This document shows positions 1-14,028 of a DNA stretch of 64,000 nt, in pieces. A program made the position numbers and the translations under genes. The notes under the pieces were generated by a model, which saw only the letters and a list, made by a program, of their open reading frames with translations, did no database searches and was not told the DNA's origin. Positions within the stretch are counted from its first letter, which is position 1. Every line of letters begins with the position of its first letter. Source of the stretch: Azolla caroliniana (lineage: Eukaryota > Plantae > Polypodiophyta); the NCBI GenBank assembly GCA_043228905.1, contig JBHGNT010000018.1, forward strand, positions 15,376,001 to 15,440,000, written 5' to 3'.

Positions 1-2733
1 TGGTCATTGGTGGTACACAACTCCGGTGCATTACATGGCCTAGGGTCTCCATTGGGTTGGGGGTTCTTCAATGTATGGTCTCTTTGGTGGCGTGCCATTC
101 ATGCTTGTTTGATCATTGGTACACTCCTCTAGGATATTGCGGCACTTGTTGGACAATTGGTACACGCTAGGATATTGCAGGGCCTCCATTGGGTTTGGAC
201 TCTTCTATGTATAGTCTCTCTCTCTCTCTCTCCTCGATGCCATATGTGCTTGTTTCTCATTGGTGGTACACACCTCTAGTGTGTTGCATGGCCTAGGATC
301 TCCATTGGGAAGGGTTCTTCTATGTATAATCTCTCTCGTATGCAATCAGTTTTGGAGCTCTAGGAAACTATTCTAGATTGATGCGTTCTCTGTTGGGATG
401 CATGAACACTATCGTGTGTGCTTTTCGACCACAACTTCGAATTGAAATTGTGCAAATTTTCGATCCATATCAACCATGTTAACATATTCGTGTCAAGTGG
501 GATCAATGGGCATTAATTGTGATGTTGCGCGCTTGTTCCAGTCTGGATTTAAGAATATTTCGGTGCATTGAGTCGACGATGGATGGATGGATGGTTGGTT
601 GGTGCTTTTTGCATTGGCTAGGCCCGGTAATACATGGGTATGAGAAGAGAATAGTGAAAATGTGGGAAAGTGCTATTATTTTGTGATGTCTTTTGATGTT
701 TTAAGGCCAATGCTACAACCACACATCATATCAACAAACTCATTAAGGTCACAAGCCTAACTAATGTATTCAATTCAAAATAGTCGTTCTATTGTCCTTA
801 AGACACAATATTGTCCCCTCTTGAATGATGTCCCACCCAACGAGTCTCTCTACGTTTTGCTTCCTCACCTCATAAAATCTTTCATACATGTCCAAGACAT
901 GGTTGTTTCACATTCCCCCAAAATATTCCTTAATGTGGGTCATCATACACTAGGGCCTTGGGATGGTATCGAAGCTAAATAAGAGTGAAGGTTAAATAGG
1001 TATCTTTTAATGTTCACAAGAGACTAATTACGATCTATGAGACGGGGCCTCACCCATGGCAAGGATTGAACCTAGTTTCCCTCAATTTTATGACTTTGAT
1101 GCTACATAGTTGTTAGACCACCAAGTCAATAAAAGGGAGAAACAGTAGATTTTATTCAATAGAATCACATCAAAGCACTTTAAATTCACCCAAAACCTGT
1201 TGCCCCTTTTGTACAAGAATATTATAGTACAAGAAAATAAGACCCTCATACACGTGTTAATTTTCAACCGTCAATTGTGTTTGATAAAGGCATGTTCCTA
1301 GTTCTCACAACAAATACACATTCAGGCTTCACAAGATATACAAGTTGTGGAGAAAAAAAGAGTGAATCAGCTCTACATGAAGTGAATGACAACAGGCGGG
1401 AGACTTCAAGCGAGACCCCAAATGAACGAGTTACCTTCAAGCAAGAAAATAAAGATATCCAAACCCAAACAAAGAGACTTTGCTTGAGCTAGACCTTAAA
1501 GGTGACAATCTCGATTGCGACGCAACATAAAGCAAGTTGGCACCACTTTGACCAACACAACTTAGTGCGAACACTTTGTATTGGCTTTTTTTTCTTACCG
1601 ATACATAGGTAACTAAAGGATATCATATTTACATAACTCAAATTCATTGAATCCTTTTACATACATACTTCCACTTTACGTAGGTCGGGCATTCAATGTT
1701 GTCATTTTCAAGTTTTTAATTCAACCACCATATCAAACTCTTGTGTTGGCTCTTTACTATATATATATAGGTGCCTAGATTTATTTCACAAAATAAATTG
1801 AAGTAAAAAGTAAATGCCCAGTTATTATCATAACGTAGGTTTAGTTTTTGCACATTTCCCTCTTGAGAATGTCACCGGTTTAAAAGCTTTTGGTTAATGT
1901 ATATAGGCCAACCAATATACCTATTAAAAGCTTTGGGTTTCTCGGTTTTGAGGGACCAATGGCAGTAGGGTCACTTTGCTGTTTTTCCATTTGATAAAAT
2001 GTATGTAGTGTCTCATGACTTTCCTCACCCATGGAGCATAACTACGAAGGGCCATAGTTGTTAGAAAATGTGTATTCTACGGTTTAGAATACTCTTGAAG
2101 TATTCTACATTCTAAAATTGCCATTTCATGTATTCTATGTATTCTACGTATTTGATGTATTTAACAAGTATTTAACATTTCAAAAAAGTCTAAAAAAAAT
2201 TTAAATTAACAAAAATATTGTTTTATAAAAAACTTCGAATTTCAAAAAGTATTTTACATATTTTTAGTATTCTAAGTATTTAAAAAAAGGGTAGAATGCT
2301 TAGCACATGTATTCTACGCGTATTGTATGCTAAGTATTCTACAACATTGCGACCCCCTAAAGTTTGTTGTGTTTCTTGTTCACGAATCACCACATTCTCC
2401 CTCATGCTAATTTAATGCAGGAATCTAACATGTGTGCATGTTACACACTTGTGCCACCCTATGTAGGTCAGTTGTAAAAAACATTCCCAATGCTTTTAAA
2501 TAAGCAAGGTTGATGACTTCTGGATAAAGCTAGAAGAATGAAAACACGTATAACAAGATTATCATGACTAGAGTCTAGATTATAAACCATTAGTCGTGCT
2601 CCACTGTTTGGCATTCATTTTCATTTACTTTGCATATTTGGAAAAGAAATCTCTGTGATAAGCTCAATTAAACCGATGCAATCATTAATTTTGGTCTTTA
2701 GATCTTCATGACTACATTCTTGTTATTGGGGCC

Positions 2734-3837
2734 CAGTGTTGCCTTTTGACGGCCGTTTTGAACGTTTTTGGCAAATTTAACCGTATATGAAGGTTAATTT
2801 GAAAATGAAACTGTCAATCTTGATGGGCACATATTTTATAAAAACATAAATATGAAGGTTTAAATTTTGTTAATACCGTCAAATTTTGCTAAGGCCAAAA
2901 CAATAGTACATGTATTAGTAGTTACAAATTACAATTCATAGGGCATAGCATATAGTTTTATTTAAGGAAAGTAAATGTGTAAAACATATGTTATGTGATA
3001 TGATAAAAGAGAAGGAAAATAAACTTACGGTTTCTCCTATTTTGAACCCATTCCTCTCTTTTGTTTGTTTGTTTCTCTCTCTCTCTCTCTCTCCATTTGC
3101 TTCTACTTCTTTTTTTATTTCTCTCTCACTCTCTCCTTTGCTTTGATCAAGTTGTAATCCTTTCTCAAGCTCTTTGCGTTGATCAAGTTGTACTTTGTTC
3201 TTTCTTTCTTTCCCATCCTCTCTCTCTCTCTCTCACAAGTTATAATTGATCATTGATGGAATACATCCATAACTTCGCAACTCTCACACACAACTTATAA
3301 TTTATCATTGATGTCAATGCATGTCTTCAATTTTTACATGATGCAAAGGCTTGTGAAATGGAACTCTATAGGTTTAGGTTTGTTGACACTTTACTTTAAA
3401 TTATGAAGGCTATACTATGCATGAAACTTGGCGTATGTTTTGCAAAATGAAGGATTGGCAAGATAATTTCCCTCATTTGATGAAATTATGGCACACTACT
3501 TTGGTTATTCCATCTACCATGGTTTCGTGTGAGAGAGGATTCTCTAAGCAAAATCTCATCAAAGAGATGAAAAGAAATCGATTGAATATAGAACATTTAG
3601 ATGATTTAATGCGAGTCTCATTGAATGGGCCACACATTGAAGAAATAGAATGGGATTGTGTATATGAAATTAGGAAAGATGCAAAGGATAGAAGGGTATA
3701 ATATATTGTTTAGTACAAATATTCAATGTATTTACTTTTTGATGAGCAATTTTTTCGACAAACCATCATTTGACGAGCAAATTTTTTGGAATACCGTTCT
3801 CATGACAAGCAATGTTGGCCGTCAAAAGGTAACATTG
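2734..3837 (+). mobile_element. Non-autonomous hAT DNA transposon with a transposase C-terminal remnant
   Basis: Inverted termini cagtgttgccttttgacggcc ... ggccgtcaaaaggtaacattg. Perfect 8-bp TSD TTGGGGCC (2726-2733 and 3838-3845). Confidence 0.9.
3417..3701 (+). pseudogene. hAT transposase C-terminal dimerisation-domain fragment
   Basis: Translation contains LVIPSTMVSCERGFSKQNLIKEMKRNRL, the hATC (S.CERGFS) motif. The rest of the transposase is absent. Confidence 0.85.
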
Positions 3838-4571
3838 TTGGGGCCTCATGTTATTTCTAGGGTAACTTTTAGTGTTATAACAAATATATTCTTGTTATGG
3901 TCACCTAGGATAGCATTTTTCCCCAAGGGGTTCATCACACCACTATGTACAATCGAGTCCATTGGAAAAGAAACTCTTTACACAAAGCTCAACTAAACCA
4001 ATGCGATCATTAATTCTACACTTTAGATCTTCACAATTACAAACTTGTTATGGTGGCATCAAGTTATCCTAGGATAATAACATTTAGTGTAATAACATTT
4101 ACATTGTTGTAATGGTCGTCCCCTAGGATAATATTTCACCGTAAGGGGGTTTGCCACACCACTCTTTGAAAGATGAGTCCCATTCCTATTTGGAACCAAA
4201 ATGTGTGAAAACATTACACTTAACACTAACCAACCACCAAAATTTTCTATGATGGTTTAATAATTACATCCAACATTATTCAGATTTTTCATTTACAGTA
4301 AATAATGCCACTTGATATTATCACCTATAATGTTCATGTAGGTTCTAATCTTCCAGCAAATATACAAGATCAATTTAAGATATTTTCCACAAACCCATGT
4401 CATGTTTGATAAGCTCCTGTGTTAATAGACATAAACCCATCAAAATGAAAACATGCATAAACAACCTCCACCTCATTAGCACAACCGGTCAAGTGTAGCA
4501 AAACATCTGCAGCTATTTCTGTAAGGTTAAATCTTTAAAAGTGAGATCTCTTACATCCATATATGGAAAAA

Positions 4572-6385
4572 CTATGGAATGCTCGCTTCGACAGTATCAA
4601 TGACCTTCTTTATTATCTTGTTTAAGTACGGAACACTCGATCCTTTCACATTGTTAAAACACGAGCGCCCTTCTTCAGTTGCTCGGCTTAGTTCAGGGTC
4701 CATAGGAACCCTCCCTAGATAAGGAACATTCATGTCCTTGGCCATCTTTTGTGCACCACCACCTGAGACATGGAAAACTTCGGAAAATGCATAAAGCGAT
4801 TTAATACTCGGACAGCACCTCTCCAGCTCTTCTTTAACAATTCTCGTCACATCTTCCTCATCTCCCTCCTCATTCAGCTTCTTGAATACCAGACTACCAA
4901 AAGATTGTAACAGCCCACTCATGTTCTCAACCACGCCGATGACTGGAATACCCACCTTCTTGCAAAAGTTAATCTCTTTCCTCACATCAATGATAGATAC
5001 CTCTTGGGGAGTGGTGACAATAATGGCACCATCTACATTAGTTGCCTTAAGATACTGCGCAATAGAGATGTGTTCATCGGAGGTACCTGGGGGCGCATCG
5101 ACAATCAAATAATCCAAATCACCCCAGTAAACATCCTTAAGGAATTGTTTGATTAACCCATTCTTTCTAGGGCCTCTCCATATGACCGCCTCATCAGGGT
5201 CGGGCAGCATAAAACCAATAGACATCACACCAAGATTATCCTCGACATATACCGGTGACCATCCAAGGTTGCTTTGGTGGATTTCTTGACCCTCGAGTCC
5301 TAACATTTTTGGTATACTCGGCCCGCAAATGTCTATATCAAGTAAGCCGACCTGCTTATCTTTCCCTGCTAATGCAAATGACAACTGAGATGCAAATGTG
5401 CTCTTCCCAACTCCACCTTTCCCTGAAAGCACCAAGATTTTGTGCTTTATGGTTTGCATACGCTCGGCAATTTGTTGAAGATCTACATCAAGTTTTCACA
5501 AAAAGACTTTTTAATCTCATTATCATGGGATGCCAGAAGCATATAAGAAAACCCGTTGATTGCATAAAAGAGCCTAAACTTATTCAAATCTTGGTCTTCC
5601 CAATTCAATCAAGAGTGCCAAAGCACCCATTCATGTTAATTTTACCACATACATGATGACACAACAAAAGCGTTAAATATGAATCTCTTTAATTGGGTTA
5701 TTCACATACCAGTCTTTTCTGATTCAGACGAACATATATTTACGCTATACGCATCATCATCATGTAATTCTAGATGGAGGAGCATGTCATATGAATCTCT
5801 TTAATTCGGCTATTCACATACCACTCTTTTCTGATTCAGACGAACATATATTTACATTATACACATCATCATCATGTAATTCTAGATGGAGGAGCATGTC
5901 ATATACCATATATATGACGTTAAACTCTGTAGTCAAGCAAAAACCATAAATCTACACAGTATCATCATCGTAATCATGTAACCCTAGAATGAGATGCGTG
6001 CCATATATATGATGAATGAATAGAAAATCTCTTCATCTAAACCCGAAAGCATTAATCCTGCATATCATTGTCATCTTCATCATGTATCATTAGCATATCA
6101 CATACCATACAAAATAAACGCATACCAGGATCAGGTCCTTTGGGGGCTGTGGCACAAATCTGTTGGTTAGGGCATCCAGCACAAGCTTCTGCTTTCCCAG
6201 CTTCCTCTGCCTCGGTTCCAGGACAATCTGCAAAGGAAGAAGCCAAGACAAAATAAGCTGGTGTGTGTGAATTGTGGATATGAATATGTCTGAGTCAGGG
6301 AAAAATAGAGAGACAGAGGGATATTACGCTTATTCGCATCCTCAGGGACATCGCCCACGGGACCATTTGATGGGTTCTCTGTCAT
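4572..6385 (-). CDS. NBP35: Cytosolic Fe-S cluster assembly factor NBP35; exons 6385-6328, 6227-6126, 5482-4572 (356 aa)
   Basis: The spliced N-terminus has HCPG...[10 protein letters not shown], the 4-Cys Fe-S motif. Also present: deviant Walker [38 protein letters not shown] introns keep the frame (58+102+911 nt). Confidence 0.96.
5678..5899. repeat. Tandem duplication of ~111 bp in NBP35 intron 2
   Basis: atatgaatctctttaatt...gatggaggagcatgtc occurs twice, head to tail, with few mismatches. Confidence 0.85.
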
Positions 6386-7397
6386 GGCGGTGGATTTCAA
6401 GAGGTTGCTCTGTTCTAGGGTTTCTGTGATCTGAAGTCTCTGTTTCAACTCTTCTGAACTCTAGACTTAGTTTATATAGATATGTATGTACATACATACA
6501 TACATAGATAGATATATAGTCTGGTACTTGCCGGGTGTCCGAACCGACCAATCGGACCTCGCCACTTGGCACACTAGGATTCCACAACGATATGATCTGA
6601 AACAACCAATTACTTGGCATCACCCTTCCAGCTCATAAACATCGCATCGCCCGATGGCAATCAATCGTCACCTTGATCCGACCCCAACGTGTCTCCATGC
6701 TTCTTTTGTTGGGTCTCGCCCTATTGGAAGAGAATGCTTGTGATTTGCATCCCGCTTGTTCTTTGCCTTCATTCATTCGCTACTCCCATCATCCCCCTGG
6801 TTGGGAGCTCCTTTGACAATCTCATTCACCCTTCCTTCCCCCTTCTTCGAGCATTGATTCATCGGTATATTTTAATCTAGTTGATTGTTGCGAGCATGGC
6901 CATAATTTATTGAGTCGTGGTTTGTACCATAGTATTCTACACACAAGGATAAAGGTGTGAGGGTTAATCGAGATTGTAAAGAAGGGAGGATTACTTTTAA
7001 CCCCAGGGATTGAGACAACCCACATGGGCCAAGTGTGAGCTTGCCTAAGAGCCTTAGGATTGGCTATAATATGAAACCTTGTTATCCTCATGAGGGACAT
7101 TATTAGACGACATCAAGACTGTGACCTTGTAGCAAGCACAAACCAATACCAAGTATGACTCGAAGCCATGGCAGTAATATGGGATGTCATTCAAGGCTCA
7201 AGTTCGCCTCAATCCCTTCACTCGGGGGTGATTTACTAGATCAACATCCTTTTTCTTCTTTTTTTATCATAGTTAACTTACCCTATTGTAAGTTGTTACT
7301 ACACTATAAGCCACTACATCTTGGGTTCGAAACCCAAAATTTACTCACATCTCTATATATACTAAATATATATCTATTAATTCACTAGATGCCACTG

Positions 7398-7467
7398 TGG
7401 AATGTAGGGGTTGAACCCATGTGCTCCTGGTCTCCATTAGGCAACCTTACCAATTGAGCTACATCCA
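7398..7467 (-). pseudogene. tRNA-derived sequence (SINE head or tRNA pseudogene)
   Basis: Minus strand has A box TAGCTCAATTGG and B box GGTTCAACCCC at tRNA spacing. There is no valid anticodon arm. Confidence 0.55.
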
Positions 7468-7934
7468 TATGGGTATCAACACCCTTCTTTCTTCTCTTTC
7501 TCTTTACTATCTATCATCCATTTCCTTATTTTATGCTTACATTAGAAATAATCTCTAACATCGACCTTCTCAAAGAACACATTGTTGGTCGCCTACCTAA
7601 CATCCCCTCAAATTCATGATCGCCTTCTTCGACAACGTTATCTATATTGCATTGGGTATTCATGCACATCAATGGGTGACCATGTAACAAAATGTGGGAA
7701 AAAGTCTCTATGAGGAACCACTAGTGAACCTGTGTTTATAGAAAAGCATGACAGTATAACCAAAATATATGATGTTTCATGGTATGTGATTACGTTAGCA
7801 CACACTCTAGATATCTATCTAATCCATTTGTCTTAAAGCTTAGGTTATGTGTAAAATTAATATCATGTTAGAGAAAATATATACATTTTATAGTTTTTCT
7901 TCAATTTGCACAACAATTGCACAACGTCAAAGAT

Positions 7935-8434
7935 TGAACCGAACCAAACTGCAAAACCACGGCTTAATGGTTTAAATGGTTCACTTTGGTTCAATTCAAG
8001 TTCAAGTTTTTGTAAACGGTTTGGTTAGATTTTGGGGTTTCTTGGTTTGGTTCTAGCCTTTATTGGTTTAATGGTTTTCGATTAAAATAGTTTGAAACCA
8101 TAGTTCAAACGGTTTAAGATTAACACTCAATTAAGCCTAATTTTGATATTTTAAGAAATACCTTTAAATTTTGAAAATTTAAAATGTGAAATTTTGAATT
8201 TTGACCAAATTTGAAAACCAAAACTGAACTATGAAACCCTAGTTTTAACAGTTTGAATGTCTCTAAAACCATTTGATTTGAGCTTGAATTTTTTATAACA
8301 GTTCGATTTAAACAATTTTGGTTTAATGGTTTCAATTTAAACAGTTTCGTGGTTCAGTTTGGTTTAAGTTTCAAGTTTTAAAAATGGTTTGAGTTTGACA
8401 CTTCCAAACCAAACCAAACCATTGCCAATTGCTA
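7935..8434. mobile_element. hAT-like MITE remnant rich in AAACC/GGTTT
   Basis: Right end ccattgccaattgcta resembles the terminus of the 11678 MITE. The left end is unclear. Confidence 0.55.
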
Positions 8435-8990
8435 GGATCATCCCAAAGTTCACACTAGCCACCAATAACCAAGATGTTTATGTAAAATGTAGATCCCCAA
8501 ATACATAGATGGCTTTATCATAATGATAAGGTTTTTATAGCAAGATCATGGATGCTACATTTGGCCATTAACATGAAAGGCAATGATTCCTAGAGAAACA
8601 ACAATTTACATTGATTGACATCAACAATGTTCATCAATTTCCACATTCAAGTTGTGGGGGGAGTAATTTGTAAACCCATATTTTTCAAACCAAATTGTTA
8701 TTGTTCACAAAAGAATTGATGATCAACATAACATGAAATCCATAACCGAAGCACAAAGTTCTGTCATTTTAATACCTACGTTTATATGCCAAGTTTAAGA
8801 AATTGAAAAAGGTTTGCACATGAAGTTATAAGCGATTGTTCAAAATGTCTTGTTTCTTTCTCTTTACATTCTTTTTTTTTTTTCCAAAAATTCTCTTTAC
8901 ATTCTTCATGCATTCAAAGGAGCAAAACACTCGCACATGATAAGAAGGCAATCAATCATATCAAACTCATCCATGTCGTCTGTATGTCGG

Positions 8991-9035
<45 letters not shown>

Positions 9036-9819
9036 AGCCATTATAAAACCTGAATATGCATTTGAGGAAATGATTCCCTCCTGCTCCAACATCCAAAATT
9101 CAACATGGGAATTCCTTTCAACTTCTTAACATAGGGTTCTTGAACATCAGAAAGTCAATTGCTCACTTTCACATGTATTTCCTGAAAATGTTATATTTTT
9201 GGTCTCATAAGTCATATTTGACCACCGAAGAAGATAATACAATCTATTTATCTATCTCTCGATTGCATGGATGTCAAGGAGCATCACTCGTGATAATTAA
9301 ATCATAACCAAACCTCTATCATACACTCAAATGGTACAAATCATGGTCTAATTCCACAAATCAGCATCAAGATTCTTGTAGTTGTTCATGCCATATAATC
9401 CTAGCCATTCACATTATGGGCCAATGGATATCTTATATTAGGGTGCCTCCATATATTTCCATGCCATTGAAAACCACAATTAGTTTTTTGTGGTAAGAAA
9501 AATGGCAAGACTAAATTTCTTTCATTTCCAGAATTATAGACCCTACTAACCTGCACTCATAATAAATAAACTCAAGGCAAACAAACATATAATTACAAAT
9601 GTATGTATTGTATTTGAATCTACCCTTGCTATATTTCCAAAGCTTTTTGAAATATGCTTGGTTCACATACATCAGCTAGCAATCTCAAGAACTAACCGAT
9701 ACTTTGATCGATTGAAGAAAGAGTTCCTACTTTCATGAGTCATGGTAATCTAGGTTTTTTCCCCAAGTGTTTCAGCATTATCTTACTCCAAATTCTGAAA
9801 CCTGGATATCTATGAGGCC

Positions 9820-11298
9820 TCATCTTGCAACCTCAAGAAGCGGCCTAGGAGTGAAGGAGGAGATCACATTGAGCCTGAGTTGAGTAAAAGGAGACATTGG
9901 AGACCACCTCCATTCCATCGATCCGAGGTGATAAATCAACACTCTATTGGACCCGTGAACAAGGAGGAATAAGCAATCCCTAATCTTGGCACATGAAAAC
10001 CGCTCGCCACCCAACGTCACAAATTCCCGATTCACTTCTTCTGGCAAAGATTGGGTCCACACCCACTTACATGAGCTCACATTCCACTTATATATCACGA
10101 AGCTAGTATCGAGGGAAAGGATCGTGCTCCAACAGGAGTCCGGATCTTTCCAGAAGAGCGAAATGATGGGGAAGATTGCATTCTCCGAGATTCCCACGAA
10201 TGGCCTAATGGCAAGGTGATTGTTCTCTTTCTGATACCACACAAGCAAGTTGCTATTAAATAGTGGCGAAGGCTCGTGGCAGACTAATATGGCATCCGAA
10301 GGGGGTGGATCCGGGGGCGACAACTGATCCATGTCATTGTGCACCTCAAGCTCTTTCCACACTCTACTACCCGAAAAGTATACTTGGAGAGGTGAAAACA
10401 AGTGCATGTTCACCGCAAACACAACTCGGAAAGGCGAACAACCATGACCCACATGCTCTTTTTCTACTTCTCCTTCTTCTTCTAGGTTATCAAGATTATC
10501 CACAATGATAAAGGACCGGTAAGGTACAAACTCCTCTTCGAGAGATATGTTCTTGAGCTTCGGTAGCTTGAGGGACGATTTGTTGATTGGATTGTATACA
10601 AAGAATCGATACTCATGTGTGTTATGTTTAGTCATCGATTTGCAAGTTAGGACAAAGAGCCCTCCACCGGAGCAAAGGACCCGGCAAATTCCTAAGTGCT
10701 TCACAAAAAATGACTTCGGAAGATTGAACCAGCATGGTTCTCGAGGTAACAAAAAAGAACATGGCCATGGCCATTTTCTCTGTGCCAAAGAAGGAGGAGG
10801 CAATGGAGCCTTAGAAGAAGGAACAAATGATATAGACTTGTTCTTCTTCCAAAGACACACTTTCTTCTTTATGCTTTTGGTACTGAAACAACCAGTCCAA
10901 GTCGGATGGTGATGACGACGATGATGATCACCATCATTATCTGATGCACATGTATAGGTACTCAGGAGGAGGAGCTTAGGTATGGAATTAGGGTTAGGGT
11001 TTTTCTTATACCAAGCGAGCCAAAATGCACGCGAGACAAGATGTGTATTGAAACCTCGAGAGACGGCACGGAACCGAAGAACAGCGAAGAAAGGAAGATG
11101 ACAGAAGATACCATCGATCAAAACATGAAGATCAAGATTTTTCCATATCTGAGGATCAAGCTCTAATGGCCATATCTCATCACCATCACCATCACCATCA
11201 TCGCCATAATCATCTGAAGGGTGCCATAAGGCCACAAAACGTCTTTCTTCTTCCTCCTCTTCTTCTTCTTCTCTTTTTCTCTGCTTTTGAATCTCCAT
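9820..11298 (-). CDS. Intronless F-box protein, F-box/kelch-like (492 aa)
   Basis: F-box motif LDPQIWKNLDLHVLIDGIFCHLPFFAVLRFRAVSRGFN. Downstream FBA/kelch-like motifs (SGGGLFVL, FFVYNPINKSSLKLP). Confidence 0.85.
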   Translation of the reverse strand: MEIQKQRKREEEEEEEEERRFVALWHPSDDYGDDGDGDGDEIWPLELDPQIWKNLDLHVLIDGIFCHLPFFAVLRFRAVSRGFNTHLVSRAFWLAWYKKNPNPNSIPKLLLLSTYTCASDNDGDHHRRHHHPTWTGCFSTKSIKKKVCLWKKNKSISFVPSSKAPLPPPSLAQRKWPWPCSFLLPREPCWFNLPKSFFVKHLGICRVLCSGGGLFVLTCKSMTKHNTHEYRFFVYNPINKSSLKLPKLKNISLEEEFVPYRSFIIVDNLDNLEEEGEVEKEHVGHGCSPFRVVFAVNMHLFSPLQVYFSGSRVWKELEVHNDMDQLSPPDPPPSDAILVCHEPSPLFNSNLLVWYQKENNHLAIRPFVGISENAIFPIISLFWKDPDSCWSTILSLDTSFVIYKWNVSSCKWVWTQSLPEEVNREFVTLGGERFSCAKIRDCLFLLVHGSNRVLIYHLGSMEWRWSPMSPFTQLRLNVISSFTPRPLLEVAR

Positions 11299-11677
11299 CT
11301 CCTTCTCTAACGATAGTAGGGCTTTCTATGAAGAGTAGGTTACTTCTACTTCATAATCATCTTCTTCTCCATCCAACCTGCAGGGGATCAGCACAAAAAC
11401 AGGGAATCCATTACATAGCTTTGATGGGCGATTTTCACAAACTGTGTTCAATTGGGTCCTCATGGATTCATGGAATGAGAGACTCTTTCTTTAGTAGTAG
11501 TGAATGAGAGACTCTTTCTTTTAGTCTCTTCTGGCCTCCACACATAGAAAGTAAGAAATAACTCTACAAAGTCCCGAATCAAGAGCTTCCATATCTTGGT
11601 CCATATGGCTCACTTGACACGTTGATCTTTGTATCTATCTATCTATCTCACTTACTTGCCCCCATGTAGGTGTCTGC

Positions 11678-12021
11678 TAGGAATTGGCAACGGTTCGGCG
11701 GTTTCGACTTCGTTGGTTTGGCATTCTCCAAACAAAACTAGTTAATCCTTAACTGGTTTGTGGGTTTCCATGCTTCAACCGAACCGGTTCCTAAACTGGT
11801 TAAGGCTAACCGGTTAAGCCTAAACTAGTTTAGGATTTGGTTTAGCCAAGCCGATTAAGCCCAAACCAGTTTGGCCCAAATTGATTCAGATCGGTTTCAG
11901 CCATCCCAAACCGAGCTCAAATTGGTTGACGATCAACCCCAAACCGAACCAAACCTCCAAAACATTTAAAAGCTGTTTAACGATTCGGTTCAGGCTTGAG
12001 CTGAGCCATTGCCAAATCCTA
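11678..12021. mobile_element. hAT-type MITE just upstream of the F-box gene
   Basis: TIRs taggaattggcaacgg ... ccattgccaaatccta. 8-bp TSD gtgtctgc/gtgtttgc (7/8 match). Confidence 0.8.
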
Positions 12022-14028
12022 GTGTTTGCTACCACTCTCGTCTCTCACTTACTTGTGGAAGTGCCTATGTAATACAATCCATGATTCTATCTTGCTTTCT
12101 ACTTGTTCATCATCTAGACCTGGATTTGTGCAGCTCGATTACCCCTACCCATGTGTGTGTTACATAACGTGTTCGTCTCGTTCTTTGTCGCAACATCTAC
12201 AATATTTGGTTCATGATTTTGTCTTATTTGCTTTGTCCACTATTAAGAATGTGAATGTTGCATGTCAAGAAGATTTGACATGGAGTATCATGTATGTAAT
12301 GTGCCATAAAGTTTGTGGCAATGCACATGCTTCCTACGTCCAAGCAATTGATAGGAGATGTTTTAGACTCTTAGGCAATTGATAGCAAATGTTTTAGGGG
12401 CATGCAATAGGAGCCAAGCAAAGAAAGCTTTTGAGGGAGGAGAAGTTGGAAGCACCTTTAGTTTTCATCATATCCATAAGGGCAACGATATGTGATGAAC
12501 TCATTTCCATAAGCCCTACCTATCTCACCTTATGAGCCATAATTATTGTGAAGCATGATCTTATTAAACATCATCCTTAGTGTTGTTAGTGTATAGAAGA
12601 GTTTCTATATATGGGGTGTAATACATATGCATATAGAAACTCTCTCTATATACATACCACTTACTACTACCTTACTTATGTTTGTTAACCGATGTTTACA
12701 CTTAGTACTACCTTCATCGTGTTTGTTAACCCATTCTATTCCAAAATTACTTGCCTTGCCTCGTGCTTCTTTCTTTCTTGGGCCATCCATAAATATAGGC
12801 TCCATTGTTTTCTAAAGTTAGTGACATTTGGAAGTTAACATCTCTCTCTTCTTTCATAAGAGTGCTACCTTTACGTATTGCAAATAACGTTGGGCATTTC
12901 AATTATATCATGCGTGCATGTCATATGTAATGATGCAACCAACAAAGTAGCCATTGATTATTTTGGAATTTTCATTTTTACTATTGCAAATCACAGGTAG
13001 ATCATGACAACTTTTTTGAATATTTTAGAAACTGAATCGTTAGAATCTAAGCACGTGTGATTGTCATATGATTGCCAAGCAATGCTTGCATATGGTACAA
13101 TCTATATTACATTCTAGATTAGATATGTTTAATTGATGTATCATGTGGATTGCATTCTTCATGGATGTTGCCTTATTCTATTTTTATACTCCATTTGTCA
13201 ATGGGTTGCAGTGCTCGAGTGTTTCAGGAGAGAAAATGAGATCCATTGATAATTTGATTTCATGCTTCTTCGTGAGAAAACTTGTGCAACATCTCCTCTC
13301 ATCTACAAGAATTTGACATTTAGCTGAAAATAGATAATGTTGGGGAAGTCTCAATATCTCCTAGGAATGGTTCTTTGTTTTTCCTTCTCTTAATGCAATG
13401 CTCATTGTAAGTACAACAATTTGTTTGCAATATATAATGTCATCAATGCTCTAAAGGCAAGTCAAAAGGTTTAAGATACTCTTCTTACTAGTACTCAATC
13501 CTTTTCAGGCTAAAACATTTTCTAGTAGACAAATGGATTCATAATTCACTATGGTCCAGAACATAACCCAAATCATCAACTCATTACATTAAATTCATAC
13601 TTGCAAATAATTTCTTCTTTAAAATGGTGAGGTTGTTTACATGAAAATAAAATTGGTATCTACACAAGGGGTATATTGATGACCACAATGTTTTCTCAAA
13701 TTTCTAAAGCAGCATTACCATAAGTTTCCTCATAACACACTTCAAATTTATCCACGCATGACTGTATATACACTGTCATTGGAATAAAGTATTAATTTAT
13801 TCATGTGGCACCAGTACCAAGAGCCTATCATTATTAAAAACACTCCTGATCACAATATAATAATTTTGACGTAACACCATTGAAAACCAAATAGGGGTTA
13901 GGATTGGGATTCAATTTTGAACATCTTAATGGGGTTGTGAGGCCAAAATACAGCACAAATACTCATAACACAAGACAACATTAAACCATCTGAGATTCAC
14001 ATCACTCGAAGAAACAAAAACTTATGTC

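Noticed and set aside
2050-2350. Possible MITE with gtattcta repeats
   Set aside because: The terminal inverted repeats are weak and I could not find a TSD.
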